A stretch of DNA of 64,000 nucleotides from the human T2T-CHM13v2.0 reference genome, Homo sapiens. The DNA lies in assembly GCF_009914755.1 (NCBI RefSeq), contig NC_060927.1; one strand, 5' to 3'. Each line of letters starts with the position of its first letter. The first letter of the stretch is position 1. The translations under genes were made by a program, and so were the position numbers. Of the stretch, positions 22,986 through 40,488 are shown piece by piece. Under the pieces are notes generated by a model that was not told where the DNA came from, made no database searches, and saw only the letters and a list, made by a program, of their open reading frames with translations.

Positions 22986-24459
22986 TTACAAATTCTTTCT
23001 AGGTGATCTTATCATTTTCTATAGCTTTGGTTACTCTAAGCTGAAAACTGGAATTCACATGATGTCCTCTTTTCAGAATTCTTGAACTGTATATCTAGCT
23101 GTATATATCCACTTGGACTTCTAATGGTCATCTCAAATTGAACATGTGAAAGACTAAAGGCATAGTCAGTATAACCTTCCCCTAATCGATCTCCGTCTGT
23201 GTTTCGTATCAGTGATACCACTATCTACCTAGTAGCTGATACTGGAACATTTACCCCCAACAGATAGGCTTTTGACAAATGACAAGTCCTGTCATTTCTG
23301 TGTCCTGAAGATTGATTCACTTTGCTACATCCTCCCAGTTTTTCTCTTAATCCAAGAAGCTGTCCCACTGTATCTGCATTGATTTACCTGTAACAGATTC
23401 CTAATGGGTTTCTTCTGCTGTGGCCTTCTCCTTGCCATTCTGCACATTGCAGGTAGAATGATTTTTTTCAAGAATATGAATCAGATCTTTGTCTTTCAGT
23501 GGCTTCACACCAACCTTATGTTAAGTGTCAGCATCGTGAATTTAGCTCTTCTGTTCCTCATCTACCCCTTCCGTGCCTCTAAGTGTTACTGAAGTTCTTT
23601 CCATTCCTTGAAATACTGAATTCCCTCTCTTTCCTAGGAACTCTTGCTCATCATTTGTCTCAGCTGAAAAATAATTTCTTCAGAGAAAAAATAATTTCTT
23701 CAGAGAGGTGTTTCCTGACCCTTTTGCCAGATATTTCCATTGTACCCTGAATTTGACTTTTTTTAATTTTTATTTTATTTTTTTATTTTTTTGAGACAGG
23801 GTCTTGCTCTGTCACCCAAACTAGAGTACAGTGGTGTGATCATAGCTCAGTGAAACTTTGACCTCCCATGCCCAAGCGATCCTTCCACCTCACCCTCCTG
23901 AGTAGATGGGAACACAGGCATGTACCACCACTTTTGGCTATTTTTTTTGGAGACAGGATCTCCCTGTGTTGCCCAGGCAGGTGATCTTGAAATCCTGGGC
24001 TCAAGCGATACTCCACCTCTGCCTCCCAAAGTGCTGGGATTACAGGCATAAGCCACCATGCCTGGCCAATATTGGCAGTATACCATAGTAAGCGTTTATT
24101 TGAATTACATGTTTATTTCATATTAAGAAGTTTGTTTATATAGAAGTGATTTTTCCACTGATAAAGTAAAATATGATATTCTAAACTGGAGGTTCCCAAA
24201 CTTTCTCTGTTTACACCCTCCTTAATATATTTTTTACATGTCCCTAAGCTTAACAGTTTGATTTATTAAATAATTAGGTTCAGACAGCTTAAGAAGTATT
24301 TATGGGCCAGGCGCTGTGGCTCACGCCTGTAATTCCAGCAGGCGGATCATGAGGTCAAGAGATCGAGACTATCCTTGCTAACACAGTGAAACCCCTTCTC
24401 TACTAAAAATACAAAAAAAATTAGCCGGGCCTGGTGGCGGGCGTCTATAGTCCCAGCTA

Positions 24460-24594
<135 letters not shown>

Positions 24595-25065
24595 TTATGT
24601 TCTTTCAGCCTAATTGACATCTAAGAAATACACAAATTGGAAGACAAAGTCAGATAGATGTGATGGCTCGTGTCTATAATCTCAGCTCTTTCAGTGGGCG
24701 GATCACTTGAGTCCAGGAGTTTAAGACCAGTCTGGGCAACATAGACCGTATTTCTACAAAAAAAAAAAAAAAAATTGCCAGGCGTGGTGGTGTGTGTCTG
24801 CTGTAGTCCCAGCTACTCAGGAGGCTGAGGGAGGATTGCTGGAGCCTGGAAAGTTGGGGCGAGCTCTGATTGCACCAGTGCACTCCAGCCTGGGTGACAG
24901 AGTGAGACACTCTCAAAAAAATAAGAAAGAGAAAGACAAAATTACATTTTGATTTCATTCTTAAATAACCACAGTTATTTACCGTATATACTTGTTGGGC
25001 ACTACAAAACCCAAACCGTGGAATCATATTGGACTCTGCCACCCACATTGCTTACTTTTTAATTA

Positions 25066-25203
<138 letters not shown>

Positions 25204-26657
25204 TTATTTTATTTTTTTTAATTTTTAATTTTAAATATTTATTTAGAGATGGAGTCTCACTGTGTCACCCAGGCTGGAGTGCAGTGGCATGATCTTGGCT
25301 CACTGCAGCCTCCACTCCCTGGTTGAAGCGATTCTTCTGCCTCAGGCTCCTGAGAAGCTGGCCATTACTGGTGCCCACCACCACACACGGCTAAGTTTTG
25401 TATTTTTAGTAAGAGACAGGGTTTCACCATGTTGGCCAGGCTGGTCTGGAACTCCTGACCTCAGGTGATCTGCCCTGCTCGACCTTCAAAAGTGCTGTGC
25501 TTACAGGTGTGCGCCACCGTGCCCGGCCACTATCTCGCTATTTTAAAAAATAAATAACATTTGTTTACATCTTTGTTTTCTCCACTCATTTTTTGCTCTA
25601 AATTGATATTTGCACAGTATTTTTTTTTAAATCACAGCAACCAATAGATACTCAGCTTTGCAAAGATTATGATATCATCAAAAGGAACATAGTGTGATCT
25701 ATTTTGAAGCTGAACTGTCTTGAACTAGTAGTTTATAAGGTGTTTGACAAGTATAGAAGATTACTTTTTCCCTGTAATTTAGAATTTCCTGTTGTGCTCT
25801 CGTGAGTTCTCTACAGAATCCCAGGTTGCCTTGGGCACAGTTTGGGAACTGTGATCCTAAACTTTTGATAGTTTGGTGTATATGCTTTTAGACATTTTTC
25901 TCCAAACATTCAAGCATATGCATATATTTTTCCTTTTAACAAAAGTGGGCTGGTACATATTGGTCAGCAACTTCATTTTTTCCATTCAGCAGTGTATCAT
26001 GGTAAAGGTGGTGGATTGAATATATACATTTAATTTTATGCCAGCCTGAAAATTTCATTAAAACAATGGAGGACTTAAAAACCCTCTAGATAACAAAGAA
26101 CAGGAACAATGAGAATAACAACAATATCGTGAAAGCTGGAAAGCAGAAAAGACTAATGGCAACTAATTCGCCAACTTGAGAAAGCTGTATCCTAAACCAA
26201 CAGTGGAGAGAGCCTTCAAATAGTCATGTTATGTTACCAAACCCTTTAAAAGTCTCAAGATTAGCTGTGTCCTGTACTGTGGAGGTGGAGGTGGGACAGA
26301 AAATATGAGGAGTTGTTTGAAAGTCTGTTTCAGAAAAGTTTCCACTCCTGACCTCCCTTTCTTCTCCCCGTAGACATAAATAGGGTAACTAGAGACTTAC
26401 TATCTGGAGTAGAAAACGATTATTATCTGGACTGAGGGATACCATGCATAGTTAAGGATAAGGTACTGTGCCTTATAGTGGAAATCTATATGCTGAAGGT
26501 AGAAACCTCTAGCTTTTTTTCCTGACATAGTTCTCAGAATCTTGCCCCTTTCTGCTGTTTCCCATTCACCAAAAGCAGCCTCTTTCAAGTCTTTGAGGTA
26601 TTGTTTTGGTATAAACAACATGTCTTTAAATTACCTTTTTATTTTTATATTTTATGA

Positions 26658-27092
<435 letters not shown>

Positions 27093-28008
27093 TAGGGATG
27101 CTATAAGGGGCAGTATTACCATTCCAGGTGAGATAATTCTTCATTGTTGTGTTTATTGCATGATACTTAGTATCCTTGGACCCCAGCGGTAAATGTCAAT
27201 ACCAACCTGAATGTATTACAGCAACCAAGAATTTCCCACACATTTCCAAATGTTAGGTTGAGGTGGTATGGAGTATCTGGTTGAGAAGCACTGGGTTAGA
27301 TCAGTGTTTAGCTTATTACTATTATGTAAATGGTAGTCATAGTTAAGCCATGTAGTATACCAAGGTTTACAACCACTGTTTTCCCTTTCTTGTACATTTT
27401 TCTGTTGTCCCTGAAATTAATTGTCTTTATCTTTTGTTTAGTGTTCTCTGTACCTACTACTAACTGCAAACTCTCTTCTGGTTGTCTGTTTCTCCTTTAT
27501 TTGCTTTCATACACTTTAGAAATTCTATCAGGATCACATTCTTGGAGCCTTTTGACTGACTTTTGACCGCTCCCTTCTGGATTGGTGGCCCTCCAGGCTT
27601 AAGGCACATTGTCATTCTGCATCTATTTTTACTGTTATCTTTAGTATTCTTTTTGCCTGACTCTTGTTTTTGGATCTCATTTCCTGCATCCTGTGTATTC
27701 TTGACTTACTCCCTTATTTGCCAGAGTACCTTCTCCTGTGACTCTCTGAGAAGGATGCATGGGAGGTAAATATTTTGATAACTTACATCTCTGTAAACCT
27801 TTTTTGTTAGTTGTTATGTTAGTTTCAGTCTGTCATTTTGTGGTACTTTCTGGGAGATTGCTCAAAATTTTAAATGTTTTAATGTTTTACTTTTAACTTC
27901 GAAATAACTTCAAATTTACCGAAAAAAATTGCAAAATATTACAGTTTTTCTATATGCTTCACCTAGCTTTGCTCCGAAGTTTTGTTTCAGTTTTTTTTGT
28001 TTGTTTGA

Positions 28009-28581
<573 letters not shown>

Positions 28582-28672
28582 TAATTGTCGTCTCCTTAAT
28601 CTCAGTCTTTCATTCTAGGACAGTCTGTCTTTGTCTTTCAGGACTTTGACTGATGTGATTGAAGAGTATTAG

Positions 28673-29014
<342 letters not shown>

Positions 29015-29869
29015 TAGGACATCACTCTGTTGCCCAGGCTAGAGTGCCATGGTGCAATCTCAGCTCACTGCAACCACAAACTCCTGGGCTCAGTTGATCC
29101 ACCCACCTCAGCCTTCTGAGTAGCTGGGACCACAGGCACATGCCACCACACTTGGCTAATTTTTATATTTCTTTGTAGAGATGGGGTTTCATCATGTTGC
29201 CCAGAGTGGTCTCAAACTCCTGGGCTCAAACAGTCCACCCATCTCAGCCTCCCAAAGTGTGAGATTGTAGGCTGAGCCACAGTTCCCTGCTGGTTGTTTT
29301 TAATATTTTGCTATTATAAACAATGCTGCAATGAATAGCCTTGTACATGTGTATATTTGTATTATTGTAGGCATGTCTTCAGGTAAATTCCTTAAAGTGG
29401 GGTTGCTGGATTAAAAGGTAAATACTTTTGTAGTTATTAAATGTTACCAGATTACCCTCCAAAAAGATTGGATCAATTTGTAGTCCTCCTAACAAAGTGT
29501 GGAAAGGCCCTTCTTCCCCACCAAGAGAATGTGTTATAATTTTTGCCAATTGTCTTATAAATGAATTTGGACATCTTTCTTAAGCTTAAGGAACATTTAA
29601 AAAGCTTTATTTGTAAATTGTCTCCTTATGTATTTTTCCTATTTTCCATTAGGCTTTTTTTCAGTTATCTCTTAATTTAAGAGGTCTATATATTAGGGAT
29701 ATTAGGCCTTTATGATACATGTTGCAAATATTTTTTTCTAATTTATCAGCTGTCTTTTCATTTTGTTCATTTATTATTTTTTTTAACTTCCAAGCTTAAT
29801 TGAGTTTTTAATTTCTGCTATTATTTTTAATTTTCAAGACCCCTTTCTTGTTTTTGGCCATTCCTTTAG

Positions 29870-30259
<390 letters not shown>

Positions 30260-30522
30260 TAATTGTGGTAAAATATACATAACATAAAATTTACTATTTT
30301 GACCATTTTTAGGTGTACAGTTCATTGGCATTAAAGTACATTCGCATTGCTGTGCAACCATCACCACCATTCATCTCCAGGAACCTTTTTATCTTCCCAA
30401 ACTGAAATTCTGTACCCATTAAGCAATAACTCCCTTTTCTCCCCCTCCCTGTTGGTTTATAAAAGTTGACTTTATATAGTTTTTGCTTTTATCTGTTTGT
30501 TTTGGTCTGTTTTTATCCCTAG

Positions 30523-30878
<356 letters not shown>

Positions 30879-31733
30879 TAAGAAACTGCTTGGGAACTCT
30901 TAACACATGGTGGAATGTGTCAACTTTGGGGTACACTGTGGGCCATTTTGTGGGGTAATATCTGTATCTTTATGGATTTTTTTTTTTTTTGGTGGACTAG
31001 TTATAGTCTCCAGAAAAGAATCTTCAGTCTGCTTGTATGGGTGAGACAGACTGCTAGCATTCTGGGAGATGAGTGGCAAAGTGTGTTCGGAGTCTCATAT
31101 GCAGTATATAATTCCATCTTCAAATTATGCCTGGAGTCCCTGTGTCTGCAGACTTTCCATTTTACTCTTTTTTGCATTTTACATTTCACTATTTTATCTA
31201 AAGGATAAACTTCCAATCTTGGGTGGGGGAGGGTCACTTACCTGCCATGTGGAGTTAAGTAGGGATCTGGAGTCTAACTGCTTCTTAAACTTTAGGCCAC
31301 CCTATTGAGTCATTGTTCAGACTTATTTTGTTGTGACATCCCCAAATATCACTATCTGTTGGTTTTTTCTCCGTGAATGATCTGTTTTCCCCCAGGGACT
31401 AGTCGCCTTCTTGTGGGTATAGAGCTTCTTGCCAGTCTTATGGAAGCTGAGTGGGGAAGGGCCTGGAGGGGAATTCACGGTGTAAACTCATTTATCCTCC
31501 TGGTATACCCCTGTGCTCAGCTGTACATGATATACTGGACTATCCTGGGTCATCCTCCTCAGAAAGTGAAACTTTCATCATCTGCCACGGTAGGAGATGG
31601 TATCTAGGAGTTTCACTGCTTCTTATTCAGACTTTGAGCCAGCGTTTCCTTTTCAACACCACCCATACTCCTGACTTTCATAGGTATATGTTGCCTCTGC
31701 TTCTGAGCCTTTCTGCTTTCTGAGGTCCTATAG

Positions 31734-32117
<384 letters not shown>

Positions 32118-33228
32118 TAATTATAATTTGCTCATAGCAAAATAATTAGTTTCATACAGCAGATTTTTAAAAGAGCAGGTACTTTTGTTCTGTATAGTCA
32201 TGCACCAGTAGATATTTAGTAAATACATGTGAGGTCAGCATCTCAAGAGGGAAGCCACGCTCCTCTGTTACCAGTCAAAGACTCTGGGTAGCCATGCAAG
32301 GACAGGACTTTATCAAATGCTCTCACCCAGTGATGGTTCTGGATCTCAAGTGAATATAAGAAAAAAGAACCAACACAAGCATACACACATATACTGCAGG
32401 AACACACTCTAGAAGTAGATGGAAATGAATGACAGTCAAATCCAAACACTAACTTCCCCTCAGGATTTAATAAGATCTAATATTAGCGAAGGCTCTTTAG
32501 TCTAGAAAGAAAGGCACCAGTCACTGCAGGTAGAGTGGAAGAAAGACTATGAAACAGAAGCCAATATTCTAATTTCAGCTTGACAACAGTTTACTCAGAA
32601 GTGCTGTATTACCTTTCTGTGTATAAGTTTTCTCTGGGGAAAAAAATGGAGGACTGAACACATGTTTACCTCAGTTCCCTCTCCAAATCACACTGAGGTT
32701 ACAGAAATCAGTTTTTTTTTTTTTTTTTTTTTTTTGAGATGGAGTTTCGCTCTTGTCACCCAGGCTGGAGTGCAGTGGCGCGATTTTTGGCTCAGTGCAA
32801 CCTCCACCTCCCAGGTTCAAGCAATTCTCCTGCCTCAGCCTCACCAGGAGCTGGTGTCAGGTGTGAGGATTACAAGCAATCCTTGCACCTTGGCTTCCCA
32901 GAGTGCTGGGATTGCAGGTGTGAGCCACTGCGCCTGGTCGAAAATGATTCTTAAGTTTATTTTTCTCAGAGGCAGGTGTACAGCAAATGGCTTTTTGTTA
33001 GACTACTCATGTCCTCCCTCCTCTCCAGTTTTCATTGTGATGAAAACCTTGGTCAGATAAGATTTCATTGTGTCCAATAGTCTAAATTGAAGTATATGTA
33101 CTCTTTTTTTTTCTCAATTTTCTGCCTTAGTTACTGTGAATATGTCTTCATGACCTTATTTTTAGATAGAAATATAACTTACTTCTCTTCTTTACAGCTG
33201 CATCCAGATCTCATTATGCATCAGAAAA

Positions 33229-34741
33229 ATGAAAAAACAGAGGAAAATTCTATGGAGGAAAGGAATCCACTTAGCCTTTTCTGAGAAATGGAATACTGGG
33301 TTTGGAGGCTTTAAGAAGTTTTATTTTCACCAACACTTGTGCATTCTGAAAGCTAAGCTGGGAAGGCCAGTTACTTGGAATAGACAGTTGAGACATTTCC
33401 AGGGTAGAAAGAAAGCTCTTCAAATCCAGAAAACGTGGATCAAGGATGAACCCCTTTGTGCTAAGACCAAGTTCAATGTGGCTACTCAAAATGTTAGTAC
33501 TTTGTCCTCTAAAGTGAAAAGAAAGGACGCTAAACACTTCATTTCCTCCTCAAAGACTCTCCTGAGACTCCAAGCAGAGAAGCTGTTGTCATCAGCAAAG
33601 AATTCTGACCATGAATACTGCAGAGAGAAAAATCTCTTGAAGGCAGTTACTGACTTTCCATCAAATAGTGCTTTAGGTCAGGCCAATGGTCACAGACCTA
33701 GGACAGACCCACAACCTTCTGACTTTCCCATGAAGTTCAATGGGGAGAGCCAAAGTCCAGGTGAGAGTGGCACGATTGTGGTCACCTTGAACAACCATAA
33801 GAGAAAGGGCTTTTGTTACGGCTGCTGCCAAGGGCCGGAGCACCACAGGAATGGGGGACCCTTGATTCCAAAAAAGTTCCAACTTAACCAACATAGAAGG
33901 ATAAAATTATCTCCTCTTATGATGTATGAGAAATTATCCATGATTAGATTTCGGTACAGGATTCTCAGATCCCAGCACTTCAGAACCAAAAGCAAGGTTT
34001 GCAAGCTAAGAAAAGCCCAGCGAAGCTGGGTACAGAAAGTCACTGGGGACCATCAAGAGACCCGTAGGGAGAACGGTGAGGGTGGCAGTTGCAGCCCATT
34101 TCCTTCCCCAGAACCTAAAGACCCTTCTTGTCGGCATCAGCCGTACTTTCCAGATATGGACAGCAGTGCTGTGGTGAAGGGGACGAACTCTCATGTGCCT
34201 GATTGCCACACTAAAGGAAGCTCTTTCTTGGGCAAGGAGCTTAGTTTAGACGAAGCATTCCCTGACCAACAGAATGGCAGTGCCACAAACGCCTGGGACC
34301 AGTCATCCTGTTCTTCTCCTAAGTGGGAGTGTACAGAGCTGATTCATGACATCCCCTTACCAGAACATCGTTCTAATACCATGTTCATTTCAGAAACTGA
34401 AAGAGAAATTATGACTCTGGGTCAGGAAAATCAGACAAGTTCTGTCAGTGATGACAGAGTAAAACTGTCAGTGTCTGGAGCAGATACATCTGTGAGTAGC
34501 GTAGATGGGCCTGTGTCCCAAAAGGCTGTTCAAAATGAGAACTCATACCAGATGGAGGAGGATGGATCTCTCAAGCAGAGCATTCTTAGTTCTGAGTTGC
34601 TGGACCACCCTTACTGTAAAAGTCCACTGGAGGCTCCCTTGGTGTGCAGTGGACTCAAACTAGAAAATCAAGTAGGAGGTGGAAAGAACAGTCAGAAAGC
34701 CTCTCCAGTGGATGATGAACAGCTGTCAGTCTGTCTTTCTG
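33229..34741 (+). CDS. SENP5: SENP5 exon 2 coding part (exon 33198-34741), N-terminal 504 aa
   Basis: Acceptor TTCTCTTCTTTACAG|CTG at 33197/33198. ORF MKKQRKILWRKGIHLAFSEKW...EQLSVCLS recognised as the SENP5 N-terminus. Phase-1 donor TCTG|GTATGC joins exon 3 in frame. Confidence 0.96.
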
Positions 34742-35146
34742 GTATGCACTTTTCCTTTATTCTCCCTCAAACTCCAAGCTCACATTTGCTGTGCATTATC
34801 CTTGCTAATAAGAGTCCTATTTTTTTCTCCCACTCATGAATATTTCTTTAAACCAGTTAGTCTGCTTGAAGCCTTTTATATTGCTGCATTATGTAGATGT
34901 TCCATCATTTAATCCTTGTAGACACTTGCATTGATTCCATTTTTTTCATAAGCTAATAGTGCGATGAAATTATGTCTTTACATTTATACATTTGTTTCTG
35001 TAAGCTAAATTCTCATTATTAGAATTGATGGTGAAGGAATATTCACACTTAAAATTTTAAGATAATTAAGTTACCCTCCAAAAAGTTGAACCAGTTTACA
35101 TTTGTTAAGCTTTGGCAGTCTTACAGATCACAGAGTTTTGTTTTAA

Positions 35147-35545
<399 letters not shown>

Positions 35546-37000
35546 TGAATTGTTTCTGTTTTTTTTTTTTTAATATAGGAGACGCTCAATGTACCAGGCA
35601 CTGTGCTGGTTCCTAAGAATGTAGCAATGAACAGAATATATGACCTTCAGGGAACTTGGTGTCATTCTAGTCATAAAAATGTTTAATTGCTGATTATAAA
35701 TGTCATAAGAATGGTCCCTCACGAAAGGTAAAAGCCTTCAGTACCCCAAAATTGTTTGATATTTTTGCTTAATAGGAGTTTTCAGTTCTTACATAGTAAA
35801 ACTTATCTGTCTTTTTTTATTTTTTATTTTTTGGAGATGGAGTCTTGCTCTGTCACCCAGGCTGGAGTGCAGTGACGCAATCTCGGCTCACTGCAACCTC
35901 TGCTTCCCGGTTCAAGCAGTTCTCCTGCCTCAGCCTCCCAAGTAGCTGAGACTACAGGCACACGCTACCATGCCCGGCTAATTTTTTGTATTTTAGTAGA
36001 GACAGTGTTTCACCATGTTGCCCAGGCTGGTCTCGAACTCCTGAGCTCAGGCAATCTGCCCGCCTCGGCCAGTCTGCCTAAAGTGCTAGGATTACAGGCA
36101 TGAGCCACTGCGCCTGGCCTAAAGCTTACCTATATTTGACTTTGAGGCTTCTAGTTTTTACGTCATGCTTTAAGAAGCCTTCTCTTGTCAAAAATCTATC
36201 CCATAAGGTAAACTGGTGTAAACATTTCTTTGGAAGACAATATGATAGTATAAATTATGGCCCATTCAGGCAATAGTTTGCTAGCAGCTGTTTAAGAATA
36301 TAGATCTATATTTTGATACTGAAAGATGTCTATATAAAGTGAAAACAGGCCAGGTGCTGTGGCTCACGCCTGTAATCCCAACACTTTGGGAGGCCGAGGT
36401 GGGCGGATCACCTGAGGTCAGGAGTTCAAGACGAGGCTGATCAACATGGTGAAACCCCATCTCTACTAAAAATACAAAAATCAGCCAGGTGTTGTGGTGC
36501 GTGTCTGTGATCCCAGCTACTTAGGAGGCTGAGGCAGGGAGAATCGCTTGAACCTGGGAGGCGGAGGTTGCAGTGAGCTTAGGTTATGCCACCGTGCTCC
36601 AGCCTGGGCGACAGAGGGAGACTCTCTCACAAAAAAAAAAGAAAGAAAAAAAGTGAAAACAGTAAGTTGCAAAATGGTATGAAACCATTTTGTTAAAAGA
36701 TATATATGACATATGTAGGATGAGTGTGAGTATATATGTGTGCATATGCATTTGTATAGGACATCTGGACAGATATTATTACCATTGGCTTTGGGGAGCT
36801 AGTTAGGAGGTTTATTTCTTGGTAGTTGAAACAGTTCTGAGCACTTTCTCTTTCCAACCATTAAGTATAATAAATTCTTCTGGCTGGGCACGGTGGCTCA
36901 TGCCTGTTATCCCAGCACTTTGGGAGGCCGAGGCGGGCGGATCATGAGGTCAGGAGATCGAGACCATCCTGGCTAACATGGTGAAACCCCGTCCCTACTA

Positions 37001-37282
<282 letters not shown>

Positions 37283-39801
37283 CTAGAGTAAAGCCAGATT
37301 TCCCTACTGAGGTTAGCAGACCCATGATACTTACACCTGAAAAGAATTAGCATTTACCCACAAATGCCAGTTAACCTTTATAGATGTAACACTTTCAAGT
37401 ACGGTTGATAAATTGAATATGCACGTAGTAAAACCTGTAGCATGACCTGAGGAAGTAGGAATTCTTACAGAATTCATGTGTAGTGACAATATAATTCACT
37501 ATTTTAATAGGCCAAAGGGGAAAAAAATGGTATCTCAGCAAGTGCTGAAAAACCTGTTAGTAAAATTGTTTCCTTTTGGGTTTAAATCTCTTAGAAAACT
37601 AGTAATAAAGGAAGCTTCCTTGAATTACTAAAGAATATCAATCAGAAGCCAATAGCAGTTTCAGGTTTAAGAGAATGAAGTAAGCTCATGGACTCTCTTC
37701 TTCCTCCTACCAAATCCATAGAAATTATGAAAAAATATTAAAAACACATGTGTCTTCATACTCACAAATGAGGAGACAGTTTTGGTAGATCAGAAACTGA
37801 GAATCAGCTCCCACTGGGCAAAAAGTAGAGGGAAGGTCCAGGCGGGCAGAAGGAAGATTAGTACAGGGAAGTGGTGTGATACTGAGTGCTCATATTTCTG
37901 GAGATGGTGGAAGTGGAGAGGAAAGGGGACACCCATGGTAAGGACTGAGTAGTTGGGGAATCTCTCCCTGCCTGTGCCACATGTCAGCAAAGAACAAATC
38001 TGTTATCAAGCCAAAATTCTAAGGACAAGAGACAGGATACTCACCCACACACGTACACCTTGTAACACTTGGCAAGAGTGAGGAACATCCATTTTCAGAA
38101 CAGCTGCTGGGGTTCTTAGTGTCCTTATTCCCACTGAAAATAGTTCAAGGCAGAGCAGCAGCTACTGCCCATTATAGCCCTTTGCCCTCAATTCTCAGCA
38201 AGTTACCTAAGTAGAGATGAACTAACAGTCTATCACCATCCTCTGAGAAAAGCCAACACAATGAAATAGACAAATTCAGCAAATAACAGAACTAAACCTC
38301 AGTATTGATTAATGGGGCAATGAGTACAATAGATAATCCTTTAAGGGACTTCTACAACATTAGCCACTATTGAGTTCTGTGGGGTGCTGAATGCTGGCTT
38401 GTCTCTAATATGACTGCACATTATGCTCCTTTCAGTTGATTTACATGTTTAAGAGTCAGTTATACTTAGGGGAGATTTACTTGTTGCAGTTTCATAATTT
38501 TATTCAGTATTACATAAAATGATGAAATATGAGTGTAAGAAGAAAGCTCCTCCTTTGAAAAACAAGGTGAATACTTTGCAATGACAGTAGCGGGTTGCTG
38601 CAAAAAAATGAATGCTGATGCGCTCATGCAGGACAGCTGCAAAAGATTTGAGGGCGTGCGTGAAAGTCTAGGACTCTGCACTGAGATTACTTTGCAAGTT
38701 CTTTAAGTTCTTGCTTCGCTTTAAAGTTCTAACCTCTATGTCATGAGTATGCCAGGAGATAATGGAAGGGAAACTGAAGAAATTAGGAATGTTTTCTAGA
38801 ACTGAAAAGAAAGGTCTGAGTCTAAAGTTGAAAGGCTTTGCAAGTGCCAATCAGGATTAAAACACACAAATACATACACAAACTCACACTAAATTTAGTG
38901 TAGTAAAATTATAGCACATCCAAGAGAAATAACTTGGATGGTTACTTCTTTTGGAGGGAAAAGGGATAGATTCCTGTGCCGCAAAACATTCCAGATGGAT
39001 TAAAAGTTTGGCTAATTAAAACCAAATACACAGAAATGTGTACACGAATGCTTGTAACAGCATTGTTCATAATATCCAGAAAGTGAAAACAACCTAAATG
39101 TTCAACACCTGATGAATGGATAAATAAAATTTGGTATATCTATACAATGGAATATTATTCTATAAAAGGAATAAACACCGATATATACTTAAATGTGGAT
39201 GCACCTTGGAAGCATGCTAAGTGAAAAGCCAGACACAAAAGGCCTTATAACATATGATTTCGTTCATTTGAAATGTCCAGAATAGGCAAATACATAGAGA
39301 TATAAAGTAGATTAATAGTTGCCAGGAGCTGGGAAGAAGGGGAATGAGAGGTGACTGTTAATGGGTATAGAGTTTCTTTGTGGGGTAATGGAGGTGTTCT
39401 GGAATTAGGTAGTAGTGATAGTTACACAATCTGAATATATTAAAAAACAGTGAATTGTGTTCTTTAATGGGGCAAATTTTGTGGTGTGTGAATCACATCT
39501 CAATAAAGCTGTTAAAAAGAAACAAATATAGGCCGGCCATGGTGGCTCACATCTGTAATCCCAGCACTTTAGGAGGCTGAGGCAGAAGGATCGCTTGAGG
39601 GCAGGAGTTTGAGACCAGCCTGGGCAACATAGCGATATAAATACATAGAGGGATGTATATAGATTTAGCGAGACTCTATTGCTACAAAAAATAAAATTAT
39701 CTGCATGTGGTGGTGCATGCCTGTAGTCCCAGCTCCTCAGATGGATGAGGTGGGAGGACTGCTTGAAGCCAGGAGTTTGAGGTTGAAGTGAGCTATGGTA
39801 G

Positions 39802-40042
<241 letters not shown>

Positions 40043-40212
40043 TAGCCAGGATGGTCTCAATCTCCTGACCTCATGATCCACCTGCCTCAGCCTCCCAAAG
40101 TGCTGGGATTACAGGCGTGAGTCACCGCGCCCGGCCGACCTTGACTCTTAAAAAAAGAAAAAAAAAATACAGGAAATCATTCTTTTTAAGTTTTTGGTTT
40201 CTTTGTTTGTGA

Positions 40213-40356
<144 letters not shown>

Positions 40357-40359
40357 TAA

Positions 40360-40488
<129 letters not shown>

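Noticed and set aside
34742-34839. The 536-aa ORF runs about 32 codons past the exon 2 donor
   Set aside because: This length is unremarkable, there is no canonical AATAAA nearby, and the spliced frame into exon 3 is intact.
38340-38860. About 0.5 kb of sequence not obviously repeat-derived between old L1-like stretches
   Set aside because: I could not assign it to an exon, pseudogene or RNA gene. It may be unrecognised ancient repeat and needs a database search.
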